A DNA stretch of 64,000 bases. Origin: Octopus sinensis. Its lineage: Eukaryota. The DNA lies in the NCBI RefSeq assembly GCF_006345805.1, contig NC_043009.1, positions 48,856,001 to 48,920,000 on the forward strand, in the 5' to 3' direction. The notes under the pieces were generated by a model. That model ran no database searches. It was not told where the DNA came from and worked only from the letters and a program-made list of their open reading frames with translations. The stretch's first letter is position 1; the number at the start of each line of letters is the position of its first letter. This document shows positions 24,553 through 40,690 of the stretch, piece by piece. Position numbers and translations under genes: made by a program.

Positions 24553-24840
24553 AGGTTAGAGCAGCAGACTCGCGGTCGAGGGATCGCGGGTCCGAATCTC
24601 AGACTGGGCGATGTGTGTGTTTATGAGCGAAACGCCTAAGCGTTTCAGCAGACTCCAGCAGAAGGTAAAGGCAAACTTTTGCTGACAGTTTCGCCTCAAC
24701 TTTCTCTCACTCTTTCCTCCTGTATCTAGCAGCTCAGCTGCGACGGACAGGCGTCCCGTCCAAGTGGGGAACCTATATGCCAATGAAAACGGGAAACAGG
24801 CCCTTATGAGCCGGGCATAGCTCGCGAAGGAACAAACAAC
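24553..24840 (+). mobile_element. tRNA-derived SINE with a family-C-like head and a different body/tail
   Basis: ggttagagcagcagactcgcggtcgagggatcgcgggtccgaatctcagactgggcg head; tail ...aaacaggcccttatgagccgggcatagctcgcgaaggaac. Confidence 0.75.
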
Positions 24841-25077
24841 TCAACAGCAACATTTTGTCTAGCTCGCTAACAAATCTGCCAAATAACTGCTTATTGTTAT
24901 CAATTTTGGTACAAGGCAAACGGTTTTAGTGGCTGGGAGTGAGATGGTCGAAAACATAGTCGCAAGAGAGTTTTTTAAAATGACTGAATATTGATGTGTG
25001 TGTTTGTGTGTGTGTAAGTATATATGTATATATCTATGAATGCATATGTATGATTGCTTTTATGTATATACATACAT

Positions 25078-26155
<1,078 letters not shown>

Positions 26156-26404
26156 ATAGTTTTCACATTCTACGATGGAGTATTTTGACTTTTACTACCT
26201 TGTCCATCTTGGATACAGCTGTTGCTTTGTTTGTCTCATTGTGTCAGACTTGCTTCAAAGAAACCTCTAGTGAAAAGCATTTTTTGTATGTAATAATCCT
26301 ACTTATGTTCAGATATTATGTATATATAAGGGGCTACAATACCCTCGCGTTCAGCCCCCTTCTATATAGTATAATCGATTATTCGATTTTAATTTGGTTT
26401 TAGA

Positions 26405-26600
26405 GTTTGGCACAGGCCCAGCAATTTGGGGGAAGGGGCAAGCACCAGTGCTCAAATGGTACTGATTTTATCGATCTCAGACGGATGAAATTCAAAGTCA
26501 ACCTCGACAGAATTGGACCTCAGAATTTAAAGAAGGATGAAACACTGGTAACCATATTGCCCGCCTGATGTGCTAACAGTTCTGCTCCACTCGCCGCCTT
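26405..26600 (-). mobile_element. SINE family B-like, diverged
   Basis: Reverse of head (ctcgccgcc), gtcaacctcg and ggtactgatttt segments. Confidence 0.7.
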
Positions 26601-26993
26601 ATGTTCAATTAATGTCTTGCGATACATCTCCTGACTGCACTTTCTAACAGATAGTTGAACCGGGTTGTGACTTTCTCTATGGCTCGTGTCTGAAATTTCT
26701 CTTTTGTTTATTTTTAACATTTTTGTCTGTGGTTATGTAAATAGAAATGTAAATATATATATAATATGGAATCTATAATGATCTTTTACGCAATATAATT
26801 TCGTTAAAGTTAATCTTAAGACAACATTCGGGTGGTCGGTTCATCTTCCACCTATATCGATCTCTGTTAAATCGATAGGTCCATAAATAATTTTTGTTTT
26901 TGGTTAGTGTATACGAAACGAACCCAATAAAATGTGTACACACGCCCGCAGACGCACTCACACAACAATCACGCACACATGTATGTATATACA

Positions 26994-27040
<47 letters not shown>

Positions 27041-29665
27041 TTCTAATTATCAACCTATATACGGACATATATATTTATGCATGTGTGTATATACACGCAC
27101 ACACACACAAACATATGCACACATAATAAGTACACTATACAAACACACGGATGCCTACGTCGCCCCCTTACGTGCGAATACTTGTATGTATGTATCAACT
27201 AGTTTGTACAAGTTAACAGGGACAACACCAAGTCTTAAAATAAAACAAAATTCAACTCCTTAAGTAAATAATGATTATCATATTTCCCCTTCTCTTTCAT
27301 TATTTGCATATACATACCAAAATATATATATATATATTCTCTTCTGGACGTGGTGTGTTGGTGGTTGGTCCGTGTACGTGCGTTTTTGCATGCATAAACT
27401 ATGAAATCTGATTACAGGACGTTGAAATTAAACAGTTGCATTAAATTACAAACAATAGTAAGCTTCCTGCTGATTATATTATTAGGTTTTCTTTAGAATA
27501 TTAAATAAAATTTGAAGCTGGTTCCAGGAAGGAAATAAAGTTAAAGGCAAAAAAAAAAAAAATACTACTACGACTACTGATGATGATGATGATGTTGATG
27601 ATGATAATAAAATGCTAAATAGTGCCAAGTAACACAAGCAAACAAAAGTGATAGAAGCAATACAATTAATACAAAAAAAAAGTGAAAAAAAAACAAGAAG
27701 AAAACATGAAGTTCTTTGATGAGGCTGTTGTAAGAACGTGAAGGAAATCGCCAAAGGAAGGCAAAAACGAGAAAAGAAATACGAAAAGTAAAGGATGGTT
27801 AAATTTAAAAAATGCTTATAAGCAATCACTTCCAGTACCTTGGGGTATGTACACATCGAGAAACACACTTCATTTCGCTTTTCTATCATCTGTTGAGCAT
27901 CTTCATGCTGTTTTGGTCTTTGTCTTTCGTTTTATCTTCTTTATCTATCTTGCCACATGTGAAAATAATAAATAAAAAAAAAACAAAAAAAAAAATCAAG
28001 AAAAAAAAAAATACAAGTGTTTGGCTCCGTTTCCATTCGTCAGATTGATTGGAGTCCAAACATGATCAACCATCTTATTCTTCTTTCCCTCGTGATAAAT
28101 CATACGATATTTACATATTTATGAAATTACATTCCACACATAAACACACACACACACACACGCACACACACACACATGCACACATGCTCACAAAAACGCG
28201 GACACTCATATACATATACATATGCATATACATATATGTTTATCGTTTCGATCTGTCTGTATTTCTATATTTTTATGTCAGCTTTGCAGCATTTTAAAGT
28301 AAACTTTTGCCTTGATTTATCATCAATCTAACTACATTTTCCCGAGAACACACACATAAACACGCGTGCAAACGGACGTACGAGCACATCATATATTACA
28401 CACATATATATGTATGTGTGTATGTGTATTACACATAGTTATATACACATATATACACATATATAAATATATATATATATATACATACATAGATATAATC
28501 ATATACATATATATGTATATATTGATACACATACACGCATATATATATAAATAAATATATATATATACTATATATATATATATACTACATATATGTATGT
28601 ATATGTATGTATTTAATGTAAAGAACACGTGCGCCGTAGTCGTAGCTGTTTACATTTGTATATGTCCGCACGTTCGTGCGCGCGCGTGTCCATGTAAGTG
28701 TGTGTACGTTCGTGTGTAAAGAGTCTTGTGTATGGTGAGTGCGGTGGGTGTCCTGGATTGCACACTTGTCCTTCATTGCCACTAATAGAAATGAAAATAC
28801 TGCCATAGTAAACAGTCGTCAACTTAACATTAAAATCAAAATATTAATAAGATGTCATGGCCAGACAAAAGTTGGCGCCGCTTGCAACAGTGGCAAACAG
28901 AACAGAAAGCAAAAAAAAAAGAAGAAAAACCAGCAAAGCAAATATAAAAAGCTACCCTAAATCACTCCTGTATGTCTGTCTGTATGTCTCTCTCGCATCC
29001 TCACTGTTTCTTTCTCTCTTTCTCTGAGTCTCGTATGACTTAGCTAACACGGTGTATGGAATACAACGTTAAGTGTGAAGGAGTCGGCAGAGCAAAATCT
29101 ATTTTCTTCATCTGATCTGATCTGACAATCATTCTAGTTATGATAACATGATAAAGCGCTCAATGATAAAAGATTGTGTGTGTGTGGGGGGTGAGTTTGT
29201 GTGTGTGTGTCTTTGTGTGTATGTGTGTTTTTAGTAATATGTTTGACGGCAGAAACGACAGGGAGCCATGGTGCCATAAAACAGCCAAACTCCTACAGAT
29301 ACCAATCTCTTGAGTAAGAAACTATTATTCCAGATGGAAATGTATAAAGAAACACAAAGAGTCAGTAGAAAGTTGAAAACGACTAGTATCGAAACCGCAG
29401 AACTATTCAGAACATTGGTTAGACAAAAAAAAACCCAAACTTATGTGGTGTCTAAAATGTTAACGTGAGATTAATTTTTAATCTCTCTCTTTCCCTCTCT
29501 AGCCCGTCTCTCTCTCTTTCTCTCTCTCTCTCTCCGTCATATACACACACGCAGATACATAGTGTTTCCCTCCTCACACACATACACACACCACAAACAT
29601 TAATTAATTCCTTAAAAGCCTTCACTCTCTCAGAAATATATATATGTGAGTGTGTTAAATGTATG

Positions 29666-29732
<67 letters not shown>

Positions 29733-30376
29733 CATACATACATATATAAATATAAATATTAAATATAACTATACGTAAAAATGTAAATTTCTATTCATAC
29801 ACGTTTATATATGAATCAATATATATCCAAGTATATGTATATAATTATATGCATACATACATGTGTATATATCTATAGCTATATATATATATACATATAT
29901 CTTATATATGAATATATATATATATGTACCTTTTCTGTGTGCTTGTGTGTGTGTGTGTGTATAAACACGCACATCGATTCTATATTCATTCAATTGGATC
30001 TTCCTTCCACTCCAAAGAATTTTAAACGTTTCAAACTTCAGTTTGGTCTTTCACGTCGATGAATCCTGAGCACAATTTAATTAGTGCGAAGAGATGATCC
30101 AGAAACATACACGATCAATATGAGCAAAGAATCCCTTATAAGACAAGAATGGATCCACATTGATGATTTAAATTGGATCTCCTGTTCAAAATAACGTATC
30201 AGGAAATTTAATTTGATCACATGTTCATAACAATGGATCAAGAATTTATTTTCTAATGTGGGGTAATATATTAAAGCGTACGTTGTTTATCTCCCCTTTT
30301 CTCATTCCCAGTTCTTCTCTCGCTATCTCTCTCACCATCTCTATTCATGTATGTTTATAAATGATTATATCTTTAT

Positions 30377-30458
<82 letters not shown>

Positions 30459-30670
30459 AATTGATAGGGATATGAAATATATATACGTATATGATATATG
30501 AAATGCATATATATCGATAGAAATATGAATATGCATATACATCATATTACATATCGATGATATATAATACATATATTATATAACGATATTTCTACATATA
30601 AAATACTTATAATATATATGCATCTTATGTGTATAATATAGGTCATACACACACACACACACACACACAC

Positions 30671-30737
<67 letters not shown>

Positions 30738-30834
30738 GGCAAGAATGACGTGGAGGGGATTCAGAGGTAGTATGCATCAAGTGTTAGACATTATGTTATG
30801 TCTATTTATTTTATACAATATGAGAATATATATA

Positions 30835-31212
30835 CAGGTATAAAGATTGTGTTTTACATATATAAGTACCAGTAATTTCTAGAATAGAGAAAGAAGAACA
30901 GTTTTTTACAGGTGTTTCTGCCAAGCGGTCACAGTACCCTACATATTATTTCCATCCTTTTAATGTACTGTAGTGATCGATAGACAAAATTAGGTTACTT
31001 CGGTGTGTGTCTAGTCTTCATCAGAGAGTTTAGAAGAGGATCTAAAAAGTACTCTAATTTTATCTACCGATCACTACAGTATATTGAAAAGATGGAAATA
31101 ACACATGGAGTACTGTGACCTGTTGACAGAAACAGCTGTTAGAAACTGTTCTTCTTTCTCTATTCTAGAAATTACTGGTACTTATATATGTAAAACACAA
31201 TCTTTACACACG
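30835..31212. mobile_element. MITE with ~160-bp TIRs and a TA target duplication (Tc1/mariner-like)
   Basis: Arms ~30835-30994 and ~31052-31212 are reverse complements (e.g. aagtaccagtaatttctagaatagagaaagaagaacag); TA on both sides. Confidence 0.85.
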
Positions 31213-31240
31213 TATATATAGTGTTATAATTGTTTAAAAT

Positions 31241-31650
31241 AGGCGCAGGAGTGGCTGTGTGGTAAGTAGCTTGCTAACCAACCACATGGTTCCGGGTTCA
31301 GTTCCACTGCGTGGCATCTTGGGCAAGTGTCTTCTGCTATAGCCCCGGGCCGACCAATGCCTTGTGAGTGGATTTGGTAGACGGAAACTGAAAGGAGCCT
31401 GTCGTATATATATATACATATATGTGTGTGTTTGTGTGTCTGTGTTTGTCCCCCTAGCATCGCTTGACAACTGATGCTGGTGTGTTTACGTCCCCGTCAC
31501 TTAGCGGTTCGGCAAAAAAGAGACCGATAGAATAAGTACTGGGCTTACAAAGAATAAGTCTCGGGATCGAGTTGCTCGATTAAAGGTGGTGCTCCAGCAT
31601 GACCGCAGTCAAATGACTGAAACAAGTAAAAGAGAAAAGAGAAAGAGAGA
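31241..31650 (+). mobile_element. SINE family A, full length
   Basis: Same head and tail as the 6670 copy. Confidence 0.92.
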
Positions 31651-31898
31651 GACGTAATATAATATCTAATAGCTGATGCCTACTACCTCTGAATCCCCTC
31701 CATTTTCTTCTTGCCGGATAAGTATAACTTAAGTGAAAACCATTATTTTTTATCATCGCCCATTTATTACGCTCAGTAGTGTAATTGCCACGCAATAACC
31801 AACAGTTGTGTATTAATAAATGGGTATTCTACCAGCAGTATATTGGAGAGATACTATCCCTTGGTTGGTTGGACTCACAACCTCCGACTCACTTTGAA

Positions 31899-31934
<36 letters not shown>

Positions 31935-32833
31935 GCATACACACATATTTATCTCCATAAATACCAATTTTCATATATGTGTGTGTGTGAGTGAATGAGT
32001 GAATGTGTATGTGTGAGTGTGTGTATATATGTATATGTATATATATATACATACATATATATATATATACACACACACATACACATAGATATATGTATAT
32101 GTATATATACATGTATGTATATATGTATATATATATATATATATATGTATGTATATATATATACATCTATGTATACATGTATGTATATATCTATATCTTT
32201 CTCAGGTTACTTCTAAATCTCTTATTCTCTCATAGTTTTCTACTTCATTATCTGGGCATCCCCTTTTAATCAACTTTCATTCTCTATCTCTCCCTTCCTC
32301 CCTCTTTAGCAATCCATCCCTCTCGCACTTCACTCTCACTAACTCCCTCTCTCTTAATTCATTACCTCCCTCTATCTCATTCTCTTTTACCCGCTATTTA
32401 TATCTACCATCGTCTCCTCTTCATTTTCCATTGCTCATTCTCTCTTCCTCTCTTTCTCATACATACACACTGTCTCCCCCACCGTTATCTCTCACCACTC
32501 TCTTCCGCGCTGTTGGTAGATAGGATCAAAGATTTGTTTCACTAATTTGATGTTACCAATAATTATCTAATTAAGTCCTTCAGTTGACTAAATAGTAAAT
32601 CCAGTATGATTTAGTATCAGCAATCGAATATTAGACTGTTTGTCTATATTTCATATTTCTTTTAATCTTACAGAATTCAATGAATTTAGCTGAGTAAATA
32701 CTATTCGGTATATTTATGTTTAACACACGCAAGCACACATTAACTTAGGTATGTATTCGTGTATATACATAAATACATACATACATACATATATAAATAC
32801 ACACATATATAATATATATATATATTTATATAC

Positions 32834-32890
<57 letters not shown>

Positions 32891-33199
32891 ACTATATATA
32901 TATATATATGTGTGTCTGTGTATATGCATACATATACATTTACACAGAGATATAGTTTGGTATGCATGCATACACACAAGCACACATACGCACGCGTGTG
33001 CATCGCATGTCTGCGTGTGCCAGAATGTATTTATTTTAGTCGATACTAAATCATTCTCCGCCATTTTACACATATAGACCCTCAGATACGTGTACAGACG
33101 CACAACCATATTCACTCATACATAGAGATGGACGTAAATAACAAAACAGACCGATAGATAGACAAATATCATAAAACTAAAACCTGCAATGAGGCACGT

Positions 33200-33490
33200 A
33201 TATATATATGATGTATATTTGGTATGTATATATACATATACATATATCTATGTGTATGTGTGTGTGCATATATATATATGTATTATATATATATGTGTGT
33301 GTGTGTGTTGTATGTATGTATGTACGCATCTATGCATGTATGTATTGATGGATATATGTATGTATATATGCATGCATATAGATAGCTAGACACATAAATA
33401 AGAGTAAAATTTGGAATTTGCCACACGCACAACACACTACAAACACAAGAACATCTATCTATCTATCTATTTATCAATCTATTAATATCC

Positions 33491-33528
<38 letters not shown>

Positions 33529-35705
33529 TATATATATATACATCCTATATATATATATAATCTTGTGCTTACCTCTCTCTCTCTCTTCTTCTTCTTCTTC
33601 TCTTTTATTTATGTATGCATGTGCGTTGTGTACACGCACAGATAGACACATACGACGGCGTGCATTGTATACAACAGAAGAAAGTGATTGGATAGCAAAA
33701 ATATAAACTCTACAAATATGCTGTAGAATTATAAAGATGAAGTAGATATAAGAAGTGAACTTATTAGATATGTTTCGTTGGTGTATTTTGGAAGACTGTT
33801 ACCAAATGTAAACAGTAGAATTTTGGCATCGTCTCAAAGAAGATTATTACAAAACATCTACTTTTATATTTTGAATTGATGTATTCTTTCTAACTGGTAG
33901 GAGACATTATATTTTATAGACCTACACACTTAAGCACACTCATACATAAACTCAGGGGCACGGACACATGGACATACTCAGACGTTATCACAGGCACACA
34001 CACACGCACTCACACATACATACACACATATATGGGAACAACTATGACTGTGTGGCAAGAAACTTGCTTCTCAACCACATAGTTCTTGGTCCAATCCTAC
34101 TTCGTGGCACCTTGGGCAAGTGTCTTTTATTATTTCCCCGGGCCGACCAAGCCTATATATATATATATATATATGAAAAAACAAGTCAAGATAGAAAATG
34201 CTAAAATAATTTTATAACACCCTTATACATATATATATATATATATATATGTAGTATGTATGTATATGTATATCCTGCCGTAAGGCGCCATTTCTACACA
34301 CACCAGCTTAATTCAATTCATCCTTAGTCTAAAGACACCTGTTATTACGTCCTGTTATTATTTTTATTGTATTTGTGTAACATTTTCCGTCTTTGATTTC
34401 ATATACATTCGCTGCTTTCTTCCAAGGAATCTAATGCTCTTAACTTACTTTTTCCTTGGGGCTGGCCAGATTGGAGCAAACTCGATTATAATAAGCCGAA
34501 ATTGCGAAGATAATCTGGTACTAGACTGAGGAAAGAAAACTTCGAATGACCTGTCCTTGCTTTCTTTGTATCGTCTATCTGGATGTTTTGTTGTCCCATT
34601 TTGTATCTTACACACAACACACACAACACACTATATATATACATATATATACACATATATATGTATATATATGCATATATATATGTATATATATATATGA
34701 TGTATATTTGGTATGTATATATACTATACATATATCTATGTGTATGTGTGTGTGCATATATATATATGTATTATATATATGTGTGTGTGTGTGTTGTATG
34801 TATGTATGTTACGCATCTATGCATGTATGTATTGATGGATATATGTATGTATATTGCATGCATATAGATAGCTAGACACATAAATAAGAGTAAAATTTGG
34901 AATTTGCCACACGCACAACACACTACAAACACAAGAACATCTATCTATCTATCTATTTTCAATCTATTAATATCCGTATATATAATATATAATATATATA
35001 TATATATATATAGATATATATATATACATATATATATATAATAAATCTTGTGCTTACCTCTCTCTCTCTCTTCTTCTTCTTCTTCTCTTTTATTTATGTA
35101 TGCAGGTGCGTTGTGTACACGCACAGATAGACACATACGACGGCGTGCATTGTATACAACAGAAGAAAGTGATTGGATAGCAAAAATATAAACTCTACAA
35201 TATGCTGTGTAGAATTATAAAGATGAAGTAGATATAAGAAGTGAACTTATTAGATATGTTTCGTTGGTGTATTTTGGAAGACTGTTACCAAATGTAAACA
35301 GTAGAATTTTGGCATCGTCTCAAAGAAGATTATTACAAAACATCTACTTTTATATTTTGAATTGATGTATTCTTTCTAACTGGTAGGAGACATTATATTT
35401 TTAGGACCTACACACTTAAGCACACTCATACATAAACTCAGGGGCACGGACACATGGACATACTCAGACGTTATCACAGGCACACACCACACGCACTCAC
35501 ACATACATACACACATATATGGGAACAACTATGACTGTGTGGCAAGAAACTGCTTCTCAACCACATAGTTCTTGGTCCAATCCTACTTCGTGGCACCTTG
35601 GGCAAGTGTCTTTTATTATTTCCCCGGGCCGACCAAGCCTATATATATATATATATATATGAAAAAACAAGTCAAGATAGAAAATGCTAAAATAATTTTA
35701 TAACA

Positions 35706-35737
<32 letters not shown>

Positions 35738-36164
35738 GTATGTATGTATATGTATATCCTGCCGTAGGCGCCATTTCTACACACACCAGCTTAATTCAAT
35801 TCATCCTTAGTCTAAAGACACCTGTTATACGTCCTGTTATATTTTTATTGTATTTGTGTAACATTTTCCGTCTTTGATTTCATATACATTCGCTGCTTCT
35901 TCCAAGGAATCTAATGCTCTTAACTTACTTTTTCCTTGGGGCTGGCCAGATTGGAGCAAAACTCGATAATAAGCCGAAATTGCGAAGATAATCTGGTACT
36001 AGACTGAGGAAAGAAAACTCGAATGACTGTCCTTGCTTTCTTTGTATCGTCTATCTGGATGTTTTGTTGTCCCATTTTGTATCTTACACACACACACCAC
36101 AATATATATATTACATATATATACACATATATATGTATATATATATATAATATGTATATATATA

Positions 36165-36227
<63 letters not shown>

Positions 36228-36260
36228 TATATGCATATATATATACATATGTATATATAT
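33200..36260. repeat. Tandem duplication, period ~1489 bp (probably an assembly artefact)
   Basis: gatgtatatttgg at 33210 and 34699; the copies differ mostly by 1-nt indels in short runs. Confidence 0.9.
34262..34610 (+). mobile_element. Unclassified dispersed repeat (also 35755-36090 and, reversed, 55140-55410)
   Basis: ttcgctgctttcttcc...gaaattgcgaagataatctggtact.gactgaggaaagaaaa.ttcgaatgacc...gtcccattttgtat shared with the minus-strand copy at 55.2 kb. Confidence 0.7.
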
Positions 36261-36422
36261 ATTCACTCTTTCACTCTCTTATTTGTTTCAGTCATTTGAC
36301 TGCGGCCATGCTGGAGCACCGCCTTTAGTCGAGTAAATCGACCCCGGAACTTATTCTTTGTAAGCCCAGTACTTATTCTATCGGTCTCTTATGCCGATAT
36401 ATATATATATATAATATATATT

Positions 36423-36455
<33 letters not shown>

Positions 36456-39400
36456 TACTATATTATATATAGAGAGATAGATATAGAGAGAGATGAGAGA
36501 GAAGAGAGAAGAGAGAGAGAGAGAGGTGGTGGAGAGAGAAAGATTACGTGATTTTAGAACAGCTTTTGAAAAAATAATTGAAATAAAATATATATATCCG
36601 TGTGCGTGTGTGTGTTCATGTGTTCGAGTGAATCCTACATCGCTTGACAACCGGTGTCGGTGTGCTTACTTAACGGTCCAATAATGGAGAGTATGCTTCG
36701 AAGGACAGTCAACTTTATTCAGATGCTGTGGTGTCCTGCTCATTCATTATAAAAGTCTCCACCACCATCCGAGATTACGTTTCATCATTAGCGAATGCTT
36801 TATTTTCATAAATCCGAGAGTATGCAGTGGTTAAGCTGCTGTGGAGGTGCACTCATGATCGCAAGATTATAGTTTCGCTCCCTTTCACTGGGCAATGTGT
36901 TATGTTCCTTCACGTTACTCAACTCCGCTTAGGAGTAAAAATATTTCTAGTAGTAACTGGGAAGTGTTCTCTGCATTCAGAAAAGATGTGTTGTAATCAA
37001 TGTCACGGTACGGAGATCGAGTCAAGCTCCAACCTTAAATCTGAGTGGAACTATAATTACCAATATTTAACTGAGGGTTGTGCTCTTCTTTGAAATTATC
37101 CAGCGATCCATGGGATCAGCTAAAACAACTGTAGTAGACGGTGCTCGAGCATGTCCATTATCCAATCTCTGAGATTATTAAAAAATAGAAAAAAATAATA
37201 TATGCATGTACATATGTGTATGTGTGTGTATGTTTGTGTGTGTGTGTGTGTGTATGTTTGTGTGTGTGTGTATGTTTGTGTGTGTACGCGCGCACGCGGT
37301 TGTGAGTCTATTTAACTTGTAGTGCATATACATCTGTTATGGTTGCTGTTGCTTTTATTTAACCCCGAGTTAGTTCTCATGGGCCAGGTCTACGACAAAC
37401 GCATCTGATCCAGGATAGTCCCTTTTTCTATACTATGTATCCTTCAGAGTTTATCATGGTGCTGACGAAGAATTTTATTGCTATTTTCAGTCTTGATTGT
37501 ACAACTATAACCGCTTAATCATCGAGTTCTCTTAGATTTACGTAACAGAAAATTCCGCTAATGTAGAAAAATTATCTCGGAGTGCGCGTGGACTTCTAAA
37601 CTGAATGATCGGAATACCACAGCATCTAAATAAAGTTTTTAACAAGTCAAGCAAACATCTGGAAACTTTCTCTTTGGATTGAAGAACTGGGTAGCTGGAG
37701 GTTTACACTAAGCAGGAAGTGGTTTGTCATTGGCATTCTGCTTCTCGTGGTTCTTAACAGGTTGATGCCTCAAATGTGGCGTAGAATTAGTTTGCAGAGT
37801 ACTGGAAATGTATGGAGGATTGTTTGACTAAAATGTTCACCGAGCTGCCTTGAAGAATAAGTCACAAGAGGGAAGAGGAGAATGGATAAGGCGGATCCAC
37901 CCGTAATTGCGTAAATGTTTCTGCATGATATAATACTGACAAGTATCCCAGAGGATCTAGCATATTCTAGTAGTAAGATGAACTGAGATAACGTAGAATA
38001 AATGCAATGGAATACCTGAGGGGTGGAGTGAACACATAACTACTCATTATTATTAAATTAACCCAATACGTTAACCGTATTGAACTAAATACGTTAACTT
38101 ATTGGACTAATTTATCTTCATTTACAATCTTATTTAGTGGTATGTTGGCATAATGTGATCGTCTGACATACAAACACACCACAGCTAAATTTCATTCAAG
38201 CCATAACTTGCCACCTTAAATAAGGAACGGACATGCTGGGCTCTCCAACCTTGATATAAAACAAGGCATGATGGACATCGCCAGAATGGTATGAGGTACG
38301 TAACAACAACTCTGATACTTGTAGACAAAATTATAGACGTGCAAGCATCAGGAAATAAAAAATTGTAATTAGTAATCACTATTCGTGTTGTAATTAACCG
38401 TTATTCATATCCGTCCTTTGGTCGTGAATCACATTCACAACAAGAACACGTAAAATGCATTGTAGATGACGGTACTGGATTACCAGCTCCGGAACTCTGA
38501 AATCACAACCACTATATGTCTTTTTGCACACTATCCAGATCAAAGGAGACATACATTTAATCTCCTTAATTCTTTCAATAAGCAATCATTTCTCAAAAAA
38601 AAAAAAAAATCTTCTTTGATGTAGTTGTTTAGATCCATGTAAACTCTTTACGAGCAAACCTGTGATAAAAGATATTCTAGCCGTGACTTATTCCGCTGAA
38701 CAATATAATCTCTCGGATATGAAAGAGACAAACACGGTTGGAAAAAGAAATGATACTTAATCTGGTCTGAATTATGGAGGAAAAAACACCAAAAAATAAA
38801 AACAAACATGGAGGAAAAAAAGTGATGTCAACCCCTAGAGGATTTGATCTCAGAATGCTGAACGAAATATTGTACTGCACAAAACCAAATTCTGGTATTG
38901 CAATTCCTGAAATTCTGTTAATTTGGCAGAGATGACATGTTAGTAATTAAATAATGATTACGATATTTGCCACACGGAGTAACAATAAAGACAATTTTAC
39001 AATACGGTAGAATACATCTGAATACTATAAACAGACAATGTATTTCATGTAAAACTATTATTAAAAGAAATGTGATAAATGATATGTGAGCCTGTGTGTG
39101 TGCATGAGTGAGTGGATATGTGTGTTTGTATCTATGTTTTTATGTATATATGAGAATGTATGAATATATACGTATATAACAACATACATATATCCATATA
39201 ATATATATATATATATATATATAATATATATAATATATATATGTATGTATGCATATACACACACATATATATAATTGTATGTATGCGTTATTATATTCAT
39301 ATATATATATATTATATATATATATATTATATATAATTCATATATATATATATATACGTGATATATACATACCTATATATATGGTGTGTGTGTATGCATG

Positions 39401-39914
39401 TATACATAAGTGTGTATGAGCACTTGTATGTGAGTGTGTATGTCTATGTGTTTGTGTGTGCATGTTGATAATAAATAAATGATTAGTCAAGCCTTAAAAA
39501 GAGGCGCAATAGACAGTGAGATGGAGGAGGAGGAGAAGGGGACAGATAAGGACAACCCCCCGTAATAATAAAATAGTAATAAAAATAGTAATAGTGATCT
39601 AAATTTTGAGACATTAGCAGAGCGTGTGTAGTTTATCTTTTGTTAATAAATGGTGGACATTAGCAGGAATTATGCCGGCTATTGTTATGGCAGCTTTGGC
39701 GATCATTTGTTTACGCAACTTGCCATGCATGGAACACTGTTGAAAAGACTGTTTTCTATGGTAAACACAAAATCCAGAGGAGGCATCAGTTTATACAGTA
39801 CTGTCCCCAATGGATACAGTGTATTTGGCCGATTCTAAGTAAGAAAATTTCATTAAATGGACAGAATCTGGCAACTGAACCGATTTCATATGAGAGAAGG
39901 CAATACGGGTAGAG

Positions 39915-39917
39915 ATG

Positions 39918-39989
<72 letters not shown>

Positions 39990-40046
39990 CATACATACAT
40001 ACATACATACATACATACTACATACATACATACATCATACGTAGTT

Positions 40047-40083
<37 letters not shown>

Positions 40084-40099
40084 TAGATATATATATATA

Positions 40100-40138
<39 letters not shown>

Positions 40139-40246
40139 TAGGAGTAGATAGAGTAGATAGATAGATGATAGATAGATGATCGAAAGGCAAGAGACAGAGA
40201 GACAGACAGACGGGCAGATAGATAGCTAGATAGATAGATAGATAGC

Positions 40247-40291
<45 letters not shown>

Positions 40292-40421
40292 CGATAGATA
40301 GATGATAGATAGATAGATAGATTTAGATAGATAAACAACTAAGAGACAGAGAGAGAGAGAGAGAGAGACAGAGAGGCAGAGAGACAGATATATATATATA
40401 TAATATATATATATATATATA

Positions 40422-40457
<36 letters not shown>

Positions 40458-40690
40458 TATCATACATACATACATACATACATACTTACATACATACATA
40501 GCGAGAGAGAGATTTAGAAATAGATAGATAGAAATATAGATAGATAGATAGATAGATAGATAGTGACGTAGATAGGTAGGTAGGTAGGTAGGTAGGTAGG
40601 CAGGTAGGTAAGTAGGTAGGTGTGTAGGTGGGTATGTAGGTAGGTTGGTAGATAGATAGGTGGAGAAAAAGAAAGAGGGAGAGAGAAAGT
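39915..40690. repeat. Compound tetranucleotide array (GATA/CATA/AGGT)
   Basis: Directly visible. Confidence 0.95.

Noticed and set aside
39650-39912. Overlapping short ORFs in complex sequence
   Set aside because: No recognisable domain in any frame; at most a decayed repeat.
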